NCBI GenBank assembly: GCA_964627205.1
Contig: CAZVHI010000009.1
Location: 33,735-97,734 of the forward strand
DNA from: an uncultured bacterium
GTDB lineage: Bacteria; Krumholzibacteriota; Krumholzibacteriia; JACNKJ01
Direction: 5' to 3'
DNA: 64,000 bases
Below, piece after piece: positions 18,187-27,071 of this stretch. Under the pieces are notes generated by a model, which saw only the letters and a program-made list of their open reading frames with translations, did not search any database and was not told where the DNA came from. Numbering within the stretch: the stretch's first letter is position 1; every line of letters begins with the position of its first letter. Position numbers and translations under genes: made by a program.

Positions 18187-19185
18187 ATGGTAGGCAAGAT
18201 CGGACTCGTCGGCGGCGGCCAGATCGGTGGCGTGCTGCTGTCGGAAATCGTATCCCGGGGACTGGCTCGCAACGTCGGTCTGGTGGACATCAAGCCACCC
18301 GCGCTCGCGGAGGGCAAGTGTCTCGACATCGCCGAGGGATCGCCGGTGCTGGGCAGCGACGTGGGCTACACGGCATCGAAGGACTTCAGCGCCCTGAAGG
18401 GCTCGGAGTACGTCATCAACACCGCCGGCGTGCCGCGCACGGTACGGCCGGACGGCACCTTTCCCAGCCGCGAGGAGCTGCTGGCCACCAACCTGAAGAT
18501 CACTGACGCAGTCGCCGCGGGCATCAAGAAGTACTGCCCGAAGGCGCTGATCATCTCCGTCGCAAACCCGCTGGACGCGATCGTCTACCGGCTGAAGCAG
18601 AAGCTGAAGCTGCCGCGCAACCGGCTCTTCGGCATGGCCGGCGTGCTCGACTCGGCGCGCTACCGCTACTTCCTGGCCAAGGAGGCCGGCGTCTCGGTGG
18701 AGAACGTCGAGGCGATGGTCCTCGGTGGGCACGGCGACACGATGGTGCCGATCCGCAGCGCCTGCCGCATCGCCGGCATGCCCATCGAGCAGTTCATCGG
18801 CAAGGCCAAGCTGGAGAAGATCGAGACCCGCACGCGCAAGGCGGGCGGCGAGGTGGTCGGGCTGCTCGGCTCGGGCTCGGCCTTCGTCAGCCCGGCCTGG
18901 TCCGCGCTCGAGATGCTCGAGGCGGTGATCTTCGACAAGAAGAAGATCATGGCCGCCTGCGCGCTGCTCGAGGGCGAGTACGGCGTGAGGGGCTACTACG
19001 TCGGCGTGCCGGTCGTGCTCGGCAAGGGCGGCGTGGAGAAGATCATCCAGGTCAAGCTCACGGCCGAGGAGAAGAAGGCCTTCCACCACTCGGTCAGCGC
19101 GGTCAAGAAAACCTGCGCCGAGGTGGACCGCCTTTCCAAGCCGAAGCCGGCTCGCAAGAAGGCCGCCAAGGCGACGAAGAAGTAA
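18187..19185 (+). CDS. mdh: Malate dehydrogenase (LDH-like MDH family)
   Basis: GLVGGGQIGG Rossmann motif, NPLDA, GVLDSARYRYF, GGHGDTMVP. GGAG RBS. Confidence 0.9.
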   Translation: MVGKIGLVGGGQIGGVLLSEIVSRGLARNVGLVDIKPPALAEGKCLDIAEGSPVLGSDVGYTASKDFSALKGSEYVINTAGVPRTVRPDGTFPSREELLATNLKITDAVAAGIKKYCPKALIISVANPLDAIVYRLKQKLKLPRNRLFGMAGVLDSARYRYFLAKEAGVSVENVEAMVLGGHGDTMVPIRSACRIAGMPIEQFIGKAKLEKIETRTRKAGGEVVGLLGSGSAFVSPAWSALEMLEAVIFDKKKIMAACALLEGEYGVRGYYVGVPVVLGKGGVEKIIQVKLTAEEKKAFHHSVSAVKKTCAEVDRLSKPKPARKKAAKATKK

Positions 19186-19203
19186 ACGGCGTCCCGATCC
19201 GGC

Positions 19204-19235
19204 AGAAGACCCCGGCTCTCCGGCCGGGGTCTTCT
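19204..19235. terminator. Bidirectional Rho-independent terminator between convergent mdh and the membrane glycosyltransferase gene
   Basis: Perfect 12-bp inverted repeat AGAAGACCCCGG...CCGGGGTCTTCT, followed by TCTGTGTG. Confidence 0.65.
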
Positions 19236-19248
19236 GTGTGGATACCCC

Positions 19249-20742
19249 CTATTCGACTTCCTTGACGTACATCTTCGTGAAGCTTCCGACACGATGATAC
19301 ATGACGTGGAGACACGGAGCCTGCGCCAGCGCTTCCCCCGCGTTTTCCACATTGAGAATCCGCAGGCGGGGTCGCTCGAGTCTGACTCCCGCCTCGAGGT
19401 AGTGGAAGGCAATGGGCGGCCTCTGCACTGCAATGACGGAGTGGCCCCCGTAGTTGTCGGACAGGTCGACGAGAGCGTTGATCGCTTTCCGGTATCTCTC
19501 CGTGAGGCGATCGTACTTCTGCTCGAGCATCCGATTCCGCAGGGTATAGCCGGTGCACATGAGCAGCAGCAGCCCCATGGCGATTGCGGTTCGGCTCTTC
19601 GAGCGCGCCCGCCACAGCATGGACAGCAGCAGCGCGATGACGAGCACCGTGCCGACCGAGGAGAGGTAGTAGTACCGGCTCTGAGTGAACGATTCGGTCG
19701 AGAAGAAGCGATACCGGAAGAGGGACATGGGGAGCAGACCGGCCAGTCCCCAGGCGAGGGCGAGCAGCATCACCCTCATCCTGTTCGACCGATATACAGC
19801 GAGCAGGAGAACGATCAGAACCGCGACGGCCAGGATCTCGGGGAAGAAGGGGTGCTCGGACTCCGGGATGTAGTTGCCCCGCGGCCAGAAGAGCCGGAAG
19901 ACGTACCACGGGTGGAGCTGGTAGAGAAACCCGCCGCCGACGTTGCGCAGCATGTGCCAGCCCGGACCCCAGTGCTCCTGGACGAATCCGCCGATGACCA
20001 TCCTGCGCAGGATGAAGTAGCCGGCCGTGACGACGGTGAAGGCGAGGATCGCCGGCTTGCCGAAGGAGTGCTCCTTCCGCCCGCCGCGCAGGAAGAGATA
20101 CACGATCAACACGAGCGGCAGGCCGATGACGGCCGTCTCCTTTGCCGCGAGCGCAAGGACGTAGGCGAGCACGGCGAGTGGAGCAGTGAGGCTCCGCCGC
20201 GAGGAGCCCGCGAGTAGGACCATGGCGGCCATGAGCAGCACGCTCGAGAGCAGAGTCGTCCGGGCGCTCATCCACAGGACAGCCCCGGCATGGACGCTCG
20301 TGAGGGCGAAGAGGAGTGCGGCCACGGCGGCGATGTCCCAGCGGTCGAGGATCCGCAGGAACAGATGCAGGACGAGCAGCGCGGTGAGAATGTGGAGCAG
20401 CAGGTTGACCTGGTAGTGGAGGGGGAGCCTGCCGGGCAGGAAATGTTCCTGGAGGAAGAAGGACAGGTTCACGAGGGGGCGGAAGAAGCCCACGACACGG
20501 TAGGAGAGCAGGTTGCCGGGGGTCATCTCGTAGCGCGCTGCGCGCAGCCACTGGAAGTCGTCGTTCAGGAGGAAGTTGTCCACCGTTTGAGAGTAGGACA
20601 GAAGACAGGCGAGGATGATCAACGCGTATAGCGCGACGAGCAGGCGCCCCGTCAGCGGCTGCTCGGTCCAGTGGCTACTCGGTTCCCTTGGCGGCTCGGC
20701 CTTGCGCCGGTCGTTCAATAGGCTCTCCCCGTTCTCGCTCAC
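19249..20742 (-). CDS. Polytopic membrane protein, TMTC/DUF1736-like GT-C glycosyltransferase family (protein O-glycosyltransferase-like)
   Basis: Multiple TM segments. First-loop motif SYRVVGFFRPLVNLSFFL...HYQVNLLLHILTALLVLHLF resembles the DUF1736/PMT-like signature. Paralogue of 50163-51467. Confidence 0.6.
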   Translation of the reverse strand: MSENGESLLNDRRKAEPPREPSSHWTEQPLTGRLLVALYALIILACLLSYSQTVDNFLLNDDFQWLRAARYEMTPGNLLSYRVVGFFRPLVNLSFFLQEHFLPGRLPLHYQVNLLLHILTALLVLHLFLRILDRWDIAAVAALLFALTSVHAGAVLWMSARTTLLSSVLLMAAMVLLAGSSRRSLTAPLAVLAYVLALAAKETAVIGLPLVLIVYLFLRGGRKEHSFGKPAILAFTVVTAGYFILRRMVIGGFVQEHWGPGWHMLRNVGGGFLYQLHPWYVFRLFWPRGNYIPESEHPFFPEILAVAVLIVLLLAVYRSNRMRVMLLALAWGLAGLLPMSLFRYRFFSTESFTQSRYYYLSSVGTVLVIALLLSMLWRARSKSRTAIAMGLLLLMCTGYTLRNRMLEQKYDRLTERYRKAINALVDLSDNYGGHSVIAVQRPPIAFHYLEAGVRLERPRLRILNVENAGEALAQAPCLHVMYHRVGSFTKMYVKEVE

Positions 20743-20827
20743 GCCGAACGATGATACCCAAAACCGGCGCCGGCTCTAAGGAGATTCCGAGAGCTTCGAC
20801 CTCTCGAGGAGTGCCTCCCTCCGAACG

Positions 20828-20858
20828 AAAAAGGACCCCGGGGATCTCCCGGGGTCCT
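20828..20858 (-). terminator. Rho-independent terminator after the SGNH lipoprotein gene
   Basis: GGACCCCGGGG-atct-CCCCGGGGTCC (11-bp stem). A-run on the plus strand gives a T-run on the minus strand. Confidence 0.55.
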
Positions 20859-20952
20859 TCTCTCTCTCGTTGGCATCTCGGCAATTCAAAGGGTTTCGAT
20901 GGTGGTCGGCTCTCTACGCGCCGGCGCCGGATCCGGTTCCCGGAATATTCCG

Positions 20953-21978
20953 CTACCAACCGAAGTGCTCCCGCACGGTTGCCCAGACCGAGTCCTCGAT
21001 CTGCTCCCGCTCCTCCTGTGGCACCGCACTGTCCATGTCGTAGCCTGCCTCGCCCGGGTGGCCCTGCAGCAGCGTGGCGTAGAGGACGCAGAGGTAGAGA
21101 TAGGTGCCGGCCTCGGTGGGGTGCACGTGGTCACGGAAGAGCTCGATGTCGGGGTGAGTCGCCAGGCAGTCGTACCAGGCCTGGCTGGCGGGGACGATCC
21201 GCGCCCCCGTGTCCTCGGCCGCGGCCGCGCAGGTCGCCTGCAGGTATTCGATGTACTCGTCCTCGCCCTGGTAGGACTGCGGCACCAGCAGGGCCGTCCT
21301 GCCGCCAGCCGACTCGATCGCCGCCGCGAAGTAGCCCGCGTAGCGCTCGTAATCACCGGGGTTGTTCACCATTCCCGAGGGACTGCCCTGCAGCACCACC
21401 CAATCGTAATCCCCCGTCGCTATGGCCTCGCGCGATGCCGAGGGCTCGTTGTCCCAGTGCGCGGCCAGGGAGTATCCGCCATAGGCGATCTGGTCGGCGC
21501 TGGTTTCCAGAAAGGGCCAGGCGCCGACGGCCATGGGCGCGAAGTGCGCGGCCAGGCCGCCGTTGGCGCCGGTGAGGCTGTTGCCGATGAAGAGCACACT
21601 GCGGGGGAACTCGGGATAGACGTCCTGCCAGTCGACGAAGTCCACCGGCAGTGTCGTGCTGTCGCCTTCCCGCACCGTGACGGATTTCTCGCCGGCCGCG
21701 TAAGCGGGGATGTCGGCGTGCACCAAGACGCGTAGCTCGTAGTCCCCCGCATACAGGCCGGCCAGCGTGCCGCTGGCCTGGCTGCTATCGATGCTCAGCT
21801 CGATGCTCACGTGATCCGGATAGCCCCTCGCCTCGGCAAGCACCCGGTCAGGCACGATGCCCGCGTCGATGGCAGGCTGCAGGTCGAGCGTGAGGACGAG
21901 ATCCCCCGTCGGCGAGACCGGCGTCTTGGCGCAGGCGGCCAGTGAGAGAAGCAGCAGGGGAAGGATTCGCGCGCGCAC
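20953..21978 (-). CDS. SGNH/GDSL-family hydrolase lipoprotein
   Basis: Lipobox LSLAAC. SGNH block I (VLFIGNSLT) and block V (DHVHPT). GTG start chosen at 21978; the longer ORF reaching 22158 is possible. Confidence 0.6.
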   Translation of the reverse strand: MRARILPLLLLSLAACAKTPVSPTGDLVLTLDLQPAIDAGIVPDRVLAEARGYPDHVSIELSIDSSQASGTLAGLYAGDYELRVLVHADIPAYAAGEKSVTVREGDSTTLPVDFVDWQDVYPEFPRSVLFIGNSLTGANGGLAAHFAPMAVGAWPFLETSADQIAYGGYSLAAHWDNEPSASREAIATGDYDWVVLQGSPSGMVNNPGDYERYAGYFAAAIESAGGRTALLVPQSYQGEDEYIEYLQATCAAAAEDTGARIVPASQAWYDCLATHPDIELFRDHVHPTEAGTYLYLCVLYATLLQGHPGEAGYDMDSAVPQEEREQIEDSVWATVREHFGW

Positions 21979-22280
21979 GGGGTACCGCCTTTCCAGCAAC
22001 GCGAGAATAGATAGCAGCTCGCCCCTCGACTTCAAAGCGAAAGGGCCGGCATCCGCCGGCCCTTTCGCGGGAATTAGCCGGGGTGGAACCCGGCCACAGG
22101 TCAGCGCAGCAGGATGAGCAGGTCCCGGCCGGCGCGAACGCCTCGGCGAGCTACTCACCGACCCCTCCGGGGCGGCCGCCGGCGGCGAGCGGGACCGAGC
22201 CCAAGTGCTCGCGCACTACGCCTGGGACCGCGTCGCTGACCGCACCCTCGAGGTCTACCGCGAGCTGCGCCCTGATCCCC

Positions 22281-23846
22281 CTATTTGAGCAGCGTCAGCT
22301 TTCGCGTCCGCGAGTGACCACTTGCGTCCAGGCGGCAGATGTAGACGCCGGACGCGAGCGGCCCACCCTCCGCGTCGCGGGCGTCCCAGGCGACTGCGTG
22401 CCGGCCGGGTCCGCGTAGAGCACTGTCGAGCAAAACGGCCACGCGCCGCCCGGCGAGGTCGTGGATAGCCAGGGTCACCCGCGCGGGAGCCAGCAGGGTG
22501 AAGGCGATCTCGGTCTTTGGGTTGAACGGATTGGGGTGGTTCTGGGCGAGTGTGAAGCCGATGGGCGCCGGAGCATCCACGGCAGTCGGATCGCAGCCCA
22601 TGGCATAGGCCCCCATGAGGTGGCCGCAGTCGTTGTTCTCCGGCAGGCAGGGCGAGTCCTCGGCTAAGTGAAAGTCCCCGGCCGACGGCGCGCAGAAACG
22701 GGGATCGGCCGAGATGTTGCTGTAGATGCCGGTTTGGTCCTGTAGGCTTCCAAGATAGTCGCCACCCACGTTCCCGTAGACGTCGCAGCACCAGACCATC
22801 GCGTCACTGAAAACGTCAAAGAGGTAGATGCCGCCGCCCTCGGATGAGAAAGCGACGATAGTCTGCATCAGCACGAGCCAGGCTCCGTCCCGGCCATGGA
22901 GTGCGCCGCCCCGGCTGCCGGTTTCTAGTGCCACCTCGGCGCGGTTGCCGTGGAATGTGCACTTGTTGAACTCCGGCGCGGCGTTCACCACACAGGCTGC
23001 CCCGCCCTCGCCTGACGTGGGAAAGTTGACGTCGTCATCCACGAGACTTGCCTCAGCCTTGTTCCCATCGAAGAGGCAGTACTCGAACAGCGCGTCGGCG
23101 TACCAGCCACAATAGACGGCCCCGCCATAGCCGGCCGAGTGGTTGATCTCGTCCGTCCATACGTCGACTGCGCGATTGCGCAGGAAACGAGCGTTGTAGA
23201 ACTCGGGCGTACAATCTGACAAATACACGGCGCCGCCCCGCCGTCCCTCGTTCCCCTCGAAGATCACGTTCGTGAAGATGGGGCTGCCTGCCTCCGAACA
23301 GAACACGGCCGGTCCGTAGGCCGCGCTATTGTTCCGGAATATACAATCCTCGACGACGGGTGAGGCGTCGCCGTGGATGGAGAGCGCAGCACCCTCCTTG
23401 TAATGGCCGCCGAGCGGGCCGTAGCAGTTTTCGAACACGAGGTTCTGCAGGGTCGGGGAGGCGCCGTCGATCCTGACAGCCGCATCGTACCAGTAGTACG
23501 CATAGGCGCCGCGGAACGTGATCCCGCGGAGCACTGTGCCCGGCCCCTCGCCGTTGCGGATATAGAAGATGCTTCGGGGGTCCGCGTTCTCGAGGATGGG
23601 GAACTCGGCGCCCTTCAGGCCGGTCACGGTGATCGCCTTGCCTGTGAAGTCGATCTCGACAAAGCCCTCACCGCTGTAGGTGCCAGGCTCGACGAGGATG
23701 CTGTCGCCGTCGGTTAGAACGGAAATCGCTTCCTGGATCGTCGCTACCTGCGTCGGCACTACGACTGTGTTGGCGCCGGCGTTGGCGGCAAGGATCAGCA
23801 GCAGGAAAAAACCGGAGCGCCCTATGATGCGAGCATCCATCGCCAC
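22281..23846 (-). CDS. Secreted right-handed beta-helix protein with FlgD-Ig-like / T9SS type-A C-terminal domain
   Basis: Signal peptide. Beta-helix repeats (NNSAAYGPAVFC, GNEGRRGGAVYL, NRAVDVW...). C-terminus LAQNHPNPFNPKTEIAFTL...LAIHDLAGRRVAVL...WDARDAEGGPLASGVYICRL. Confidence 0.8.
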   Translation of the reverse strand: MAMDARIIGRSGFFLLLILAANAGANTVVVPTQVATIQEAISVLTDGDSILVEPGTYSGEGFVEIDFTGKAITVTGLKGAEFPILENADPRSIFYIRNGEGPGTVLRGITFRGAYAYYWYDAAVRIDGASPTLQNLVFENCYGPLGGHYKEGAALSIHGDASPVVEDCIFRNNSAAYGPAVFCSEAGSPIFTNVIFEGNEGRRGGAVYLSDCTPEFYNARFLRNRAVDVWTDEINHSAGYGGAVYCGWYADALFEYCLFDGNKAEASLVDDDVNFPTSGEGGAACVVNAAPEFNKCTFHGNRAEVALETGSRGGALHGRDGAWLVLMQTIVAFSSEGGGIYLFDVFSDAMVWCCDVYGNVGGDYLGSLQDQTGIYSNISADPRFCAPSAGDFHLAEDSPCLPENNDCGHLMGAYAMGCDPTAVDAPAPIGFTLAQNHPNPFNPKTEIAFTLLAPARVTLAIHDLAGRRVAVLLDSALRGPGRHAVAWDARDAEGGPLASGVYICRLDASGHSRTRKLTLLK

Positions 23847-24009
23847 ACCTTTCGTCGAGCAGGATCATTTTCATGATTATAGCGCACATTGAGGCCGAGG
23901 ATCGGAGAATCGAGCTGCGGATTCGCGTGGGCGCCGGCGGCGCAACCCAAAGCAGGCCGTGGCCCAAGCAATGGCTGGAAGATGCTTCGCGTGGCGAAAA
24001 GACGGGAGC

Positions 24010-24142
24010 AAGTTTGCAGCGTCAGGTCGCGTACGTAGGTCACGCCGTCATAGCCGATCACGCCCACCTGCCCTTCGAAGGAGCAGGAGACGATAGCTAG
24101 ATAGCCGTGCTCGTTCGGCGGGCCGACGGTGATGTCTATCAT
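24010..24142 (-). pseudogene. Remnant (~45 codons) of an FG-GAP/T9SS-protein paralogue
   Basis: Translation PNEHGYLAIVSCSFEGQVGVIGYDGVTYVRDL is ~70% identical to an internal segment (PDNEHGFPTVVACSFEGQVDVIGYDGITYAREL) of the intact FG-GAP gene at 25360-27069. No start, no signal peptide, no CTD. Confidence 0.6.
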
Positions 24143-24302
24143 ATTGAAGCGGATCGATGCTTGGGCCGGCAGAGCAGGCTGCTAAGATCCATCCGCAGCC
24201 GTGTCGAAGGCCGCGGGAGGATCAGCAGGAGCAACGAGAATCCAGACTTGTGCCCTGGGAAGGGCGGGCCCGGCCACGAGGGCATGGCGCCCATCGGGCT
24301 CG

Positions 24303-24662
24303 TCAAGACAGCAGCTTCGCCACGGCATCGCGAAAATGGCGGATCTGCTCCAGAAAGTCCGCGTCGTCCATGCCCACATAATCGTAGACCGACAGATTCC
24401 GCGCGTTCAGGAACCGGTTCCATGTCTCGAGATCACGGATCAGCCGCAGTTGGGCCGCGGCCTTGAGCGCGTCGCGCGGACTGTAGACCTCGAGGCCGGC
24501 ACGATCGGCTTCTCGCTTGAAGCGCTTCCAGGCGTATTCGAAGGTGGTCTCGAAAGCTTTTGCCAGTGCGGCGAAGCGGAGTGGATTTGCAGGCTCGGCC
24601 TCCTGCTCGCGCAATGCGGCGTCCAGAAGAGCGCAGGCCTGACCGAGCTTTTCGTCATTCAT
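24303..24662 (-). CDS. hepT: HepT-like HEPN-domain protein (HI0074 family; nucleotidyltransferase substrate-binding protein), toxin component
   Basis: Matches HI0074/HepT family (FETTFEYAWKRFK, PRDALKAAAQLRLI). The Rx4-6H region reads RNLSVYDY (Tyr where the catalytic His is expected). Overlaps the upstream MNT gene by 8 bp. Confidence 0.75.
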   Translation of the reverse strand: MNDEKLGQACALLDAALREQEAEPANPLRFAALAKAFETTFEYAWKRFKREADRAGLEVYSPRDALKAAAQLRLIRDLETWNRFLNARNLSVYDYVGMDDADFLEQIRHFRDAVAKLLS

Positions 24663-25245
24663 GGAGCTTCATCCCCGCCTTTCGCAGCAGCTCGCACCAG
24701 ATCCCATGCGAGCCAGCCAAGAATACAAGATCCTCCGCCAGACCGCGAAGGAAGGATGCCTCCGCTCGGCTGAGGTCGACGAGCTGAGCTGTCAGCAAGG
24801 ACTCCTGATTCCATTCACTGACGCGATCGAGCAGTCGCGAGAACCTGGCGAAATCGAGAACGTCCGGACTGAACACGGCGATGTCGTAGTCGGAGTAAGG
24901 TTTCGCTGTCCCGCGAGCACGGGATCCGAAGAGCGCGAATACGGCCTCTGGAACGATCGTGTGCAGTTGATCGACGAGACTCGACACGCCCAAGCCCGGC
25001 ACCAGCCTGCGCCGCAGGCGCAGATTCAGGATCTCCGCCGGTGAGAGTTCGAGCGTCGCGAGCATCCTGGCCAGAGCGCTCGGCAGGCTTGCCTTGCCCG
25101 CCAGGTATTTGCTGACGGTATTGCGGTGCAAGCCCAGGGCATGCGCGAAATCCGTGGCGGAGGAGAATCCGTGCTCGTGCATGGCCTGCTGCAGGCGCGT
25201 GGCATCGAGGGTGATCTCTGCGTGTTCAGCTGTCATAGCCTGCAT
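24655..25245 (-). CDS. mntA: Minimal nucleotidyltransferase (MntA-like antitoxin) fused to an N-terminal XRE-type HTH domain
   Basis: N-terminal HTH (FSSATDFAHALGLHRNTVSKYLAGK). C-terminal NTase motif GSRARGTAKPYSDYDIAVF (GS...DxD). Palindrome ACTGTGC-attc-GCACAGT at 25252-25269 lies just upstream. Confidence 0.8.
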   Translation of the reverse strand: MQAMTAEHAEITLDATRLQQAMHEHGFSSATDFAHALGLHRNTVSKYLAGKASLPSALARMLATLELSPAEILNLRLRRRLVPGLGVSSLVDQLHTIVPEAVFALFGSRARGTAKPYSDYDIAVFSPDVLDFARFSRLLDRVSEWNQESLLTAQLVDLSRAEASFLRGLAEDLVFLAGSHGIWCELLRKAGMKLHE

Positions 25246-25359
25246 AGTTTAACTGTGCATTCGCACAGTGTCAATGTGCCATCCCATTCACGGAGACGAT
25301 GTCCCCGGGCTCGACCGTCCCATCCTTGTAAGTTATTGCCATGTTGAGAGTTCTTCAGC

Positions 25360-27069
25360 TCAGCGCAGGAGGACGATCCGGCGGGAGAGGGTCTCGCTGC
25401 CAGCCCGGAGCTGCAGCAGATAGACGCCGCTGGCCTGGGGCTCTCCGTCCGCGCCCTGCCCGTTCCAGAGGGCCGCGGCCATTGCGCCGGGCGAGGCTCC
25501 CTCGGCGAGGATGCGCAGCAAGCGCCCACGCACGTCGTAGACGCGCAGCGAAACCGGCGCCATGCCCGCCGGCGCCGCGAAGCGGATCTCACCGCCCGGC
25601 CGGAAGGGGTTCGGCGCCGCGAGTCGCAGGGCGTTCGCGGCCCCCGGCTCCCAGTCCGCGGCCGTCAGGTCCAGCTCCTCGAACATCGAGACCAGGTCGC
25701 TGCCACTGCGCGCGAGGACGAGATCGCGCCGCGGATCAGTGCCGTCGACAAAAGCAAAGTCCGCGCTGCGCAGGGGATCGCCCACGCTTAGCGGCGGCGC
25801 CAGCTCGCGCGCGTAGGTTATGCCGTCGTAGCCGATCACGTCCACCTGGCCCTCGAAGGAGCAGGCGACGACCGTCGGAAAGCCGTGCTCGTTATCCGGG
25901 CCGATCGCGAGGTCCATCACGTTGCCGGGGATCGCAAAGGGGCTCGTCCACACGGGCGTGAAGGTGTCGTCCGCGTAGGACTCGTAGATGTAGATCACCT
26001 CGTTGCTGCCGAGGACCAGCTCGTTCTCCTCGTCGCCGTCCAGGTCGGCGATGGCGCCGCTGATCGGCAGCCCCGTCGTCGTCGCCTCGAAGAGCTTGTG
26101 TTCCCAGGTTCCCGAGCTGGGATTGTGTTCGAGGCGGCGGATGTAGGTGGGGTAGCCCGGCCAGCCGCCTACCTCGAGCAGGACCTCGCCCTTGCCGTCG
26201 TTGTCGGCGTCGCCGGGCTTGCAGCCGAAGAGGTAGCTCACCGTGTCGTAGTCGTGCGCGAGCGTATAGACGTTGTCACCGATCGCCCCGCTGTGCTCGA
26301 AGAGCTTCAGCGAGCCGCCGTCGGTGGACGAACTGCCCGCGGCGATGATCTCGACAGCTCCGTCGCCGTCCGTATCGGCCGTCTGGATCTCGCGCACCTG
26401 CCAGTCGACCTGGAAGCCCAGCGTCCGCGCCTCGAAGGTGTCGTCGCCCGTGTTCTCCCACAGGTAGAGGCGGCCGAGCGTGCCCGCCTCGCCAGCGATG
26501 ACCTCGCGCAGCATGTCGCCGTCGGTCTCGCCGGTGTCCAGCGCAACGATCGATGGCGTGCTCTGCTGCGGGCTCGCCCAGACCTGGGCGAAGTGATCGT
26601 CCGCGCCGTTTTCGAAGACGCGCACGAGCGTGCCCGGGTAGTAGTAGGCCTGGCCGACGATCTCGCGCGCGCCATCGCTGTCCAGGTCGTCGACCTCGCT
26701 GTCCCAGACGTTCTGCAGCGCGCCGCCCGTGTTCCACTTCTCCGTGAAGCCGAGGATCTCGCGCCCAGACGGGCCCGCCAGCTCGCGGCCCGCGAACAGC
26801 AGCGTGTCGCCGGCCAGCAGGTCGGGCAGGCCGTCGCCGTCGACGTCGGCGAAGCGCAGAGCACCATCATCCCAGACTGCGCGCGATGCGGCGGGAAGAC
26901 GCGTGATCACGTCGCCCGTCTCGCTCCGCAGCACGAGATCGCCACCCTCCCGGGCGGCGTCGATCCGCTCCAGTGTTCCGTCCTGCTCGAGATCCGTGAC
27001 GAGCGTGACTCCGCCCGCGGAGGCGGCGACAAGCAGGGCACTGAAAGTAACAAGGATTCGGGCAGACAT
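25360..27069 (-). CDS. Secreted FG-GAP/VCBS-repeat (integrin-alpha-like) protein with FlgD-Ig-like / T9SS type-A C-terminal domain
   Basis: Signal peptide MSARILVTFSALLVAASAGG. FG-GAP repeats (DVDGDGLPDL, DLDSDGAREI, DTDGDGAVEI, DADNDGKGEV, DLDGDEENEL). CTD LAAPNPFRPGGEIRF...LRVYDVRGRLLRIL...WNGQGADGEPQASGVYLLQL. Start lies 2 nt after the stop of the upstream gene. Confidence 0.8.
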   Translation of the reverse strand: MSARILVTFSALLVAASAGGVTLVTDLEQDGTLERIDAAREGGDLVLRSETGDVITRLPAASRAVWDDGALRFADVDGDGLPDLLAGDTLLFAGRELAGPSGREILGFTEKWNTGGALQNVWDSEVDDLDSDGAREIVGQAYYYPGTLVRVFENGADDHFAQVWASPQQSTPSIVALDTGETDGDMLREVIAGEAGTLGRLYLWENTGDDTFEARTLGFQVDWQVREIQTADTDGDGAVEIIAAGSSSTDGGSLKLFEHSGAIGDNVYTLAHDYDTVSYLFGCKPGDADNDGKGEVLLEVGGWPGYPTYIRRLEHNPSSGTWEHKLFEATTTGLPISGAIADLDGDEENELVLGSNEVIYIYESYADDTFTPVWTSPFAIPGNVMDLAIGPDNEHGFPTVVACSFEGQVDVIGYDGITYARELAPPLSVGDPLRSADFAFVDGTDPRRDLVLARSGSDLVSMFEELDLTAADWEPGAANALRLAAPNPFRPGGEIRFAAPAGMAPVSLRVYDVRGRLLRILAEGASPGAMAAALWNGQGADGEPQASGVYLLQLRAGSETLSRRIVLLR

Positions 27070-27071
27070 GG

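Noticed and set aside
22039-22066. Hairpin AAAGGGCCGGC-atcc-GCCGGCCCTTT between the T9SS beta-helix gene and the SGNH lipoprotein gene
   Set aside because: It is a perfect 11-bp stem, but neither side has a convincing U-tract and it lies >200 bp from the nearest stop. A terminator or attenuator is possible but not well enough supported to list as a feature.
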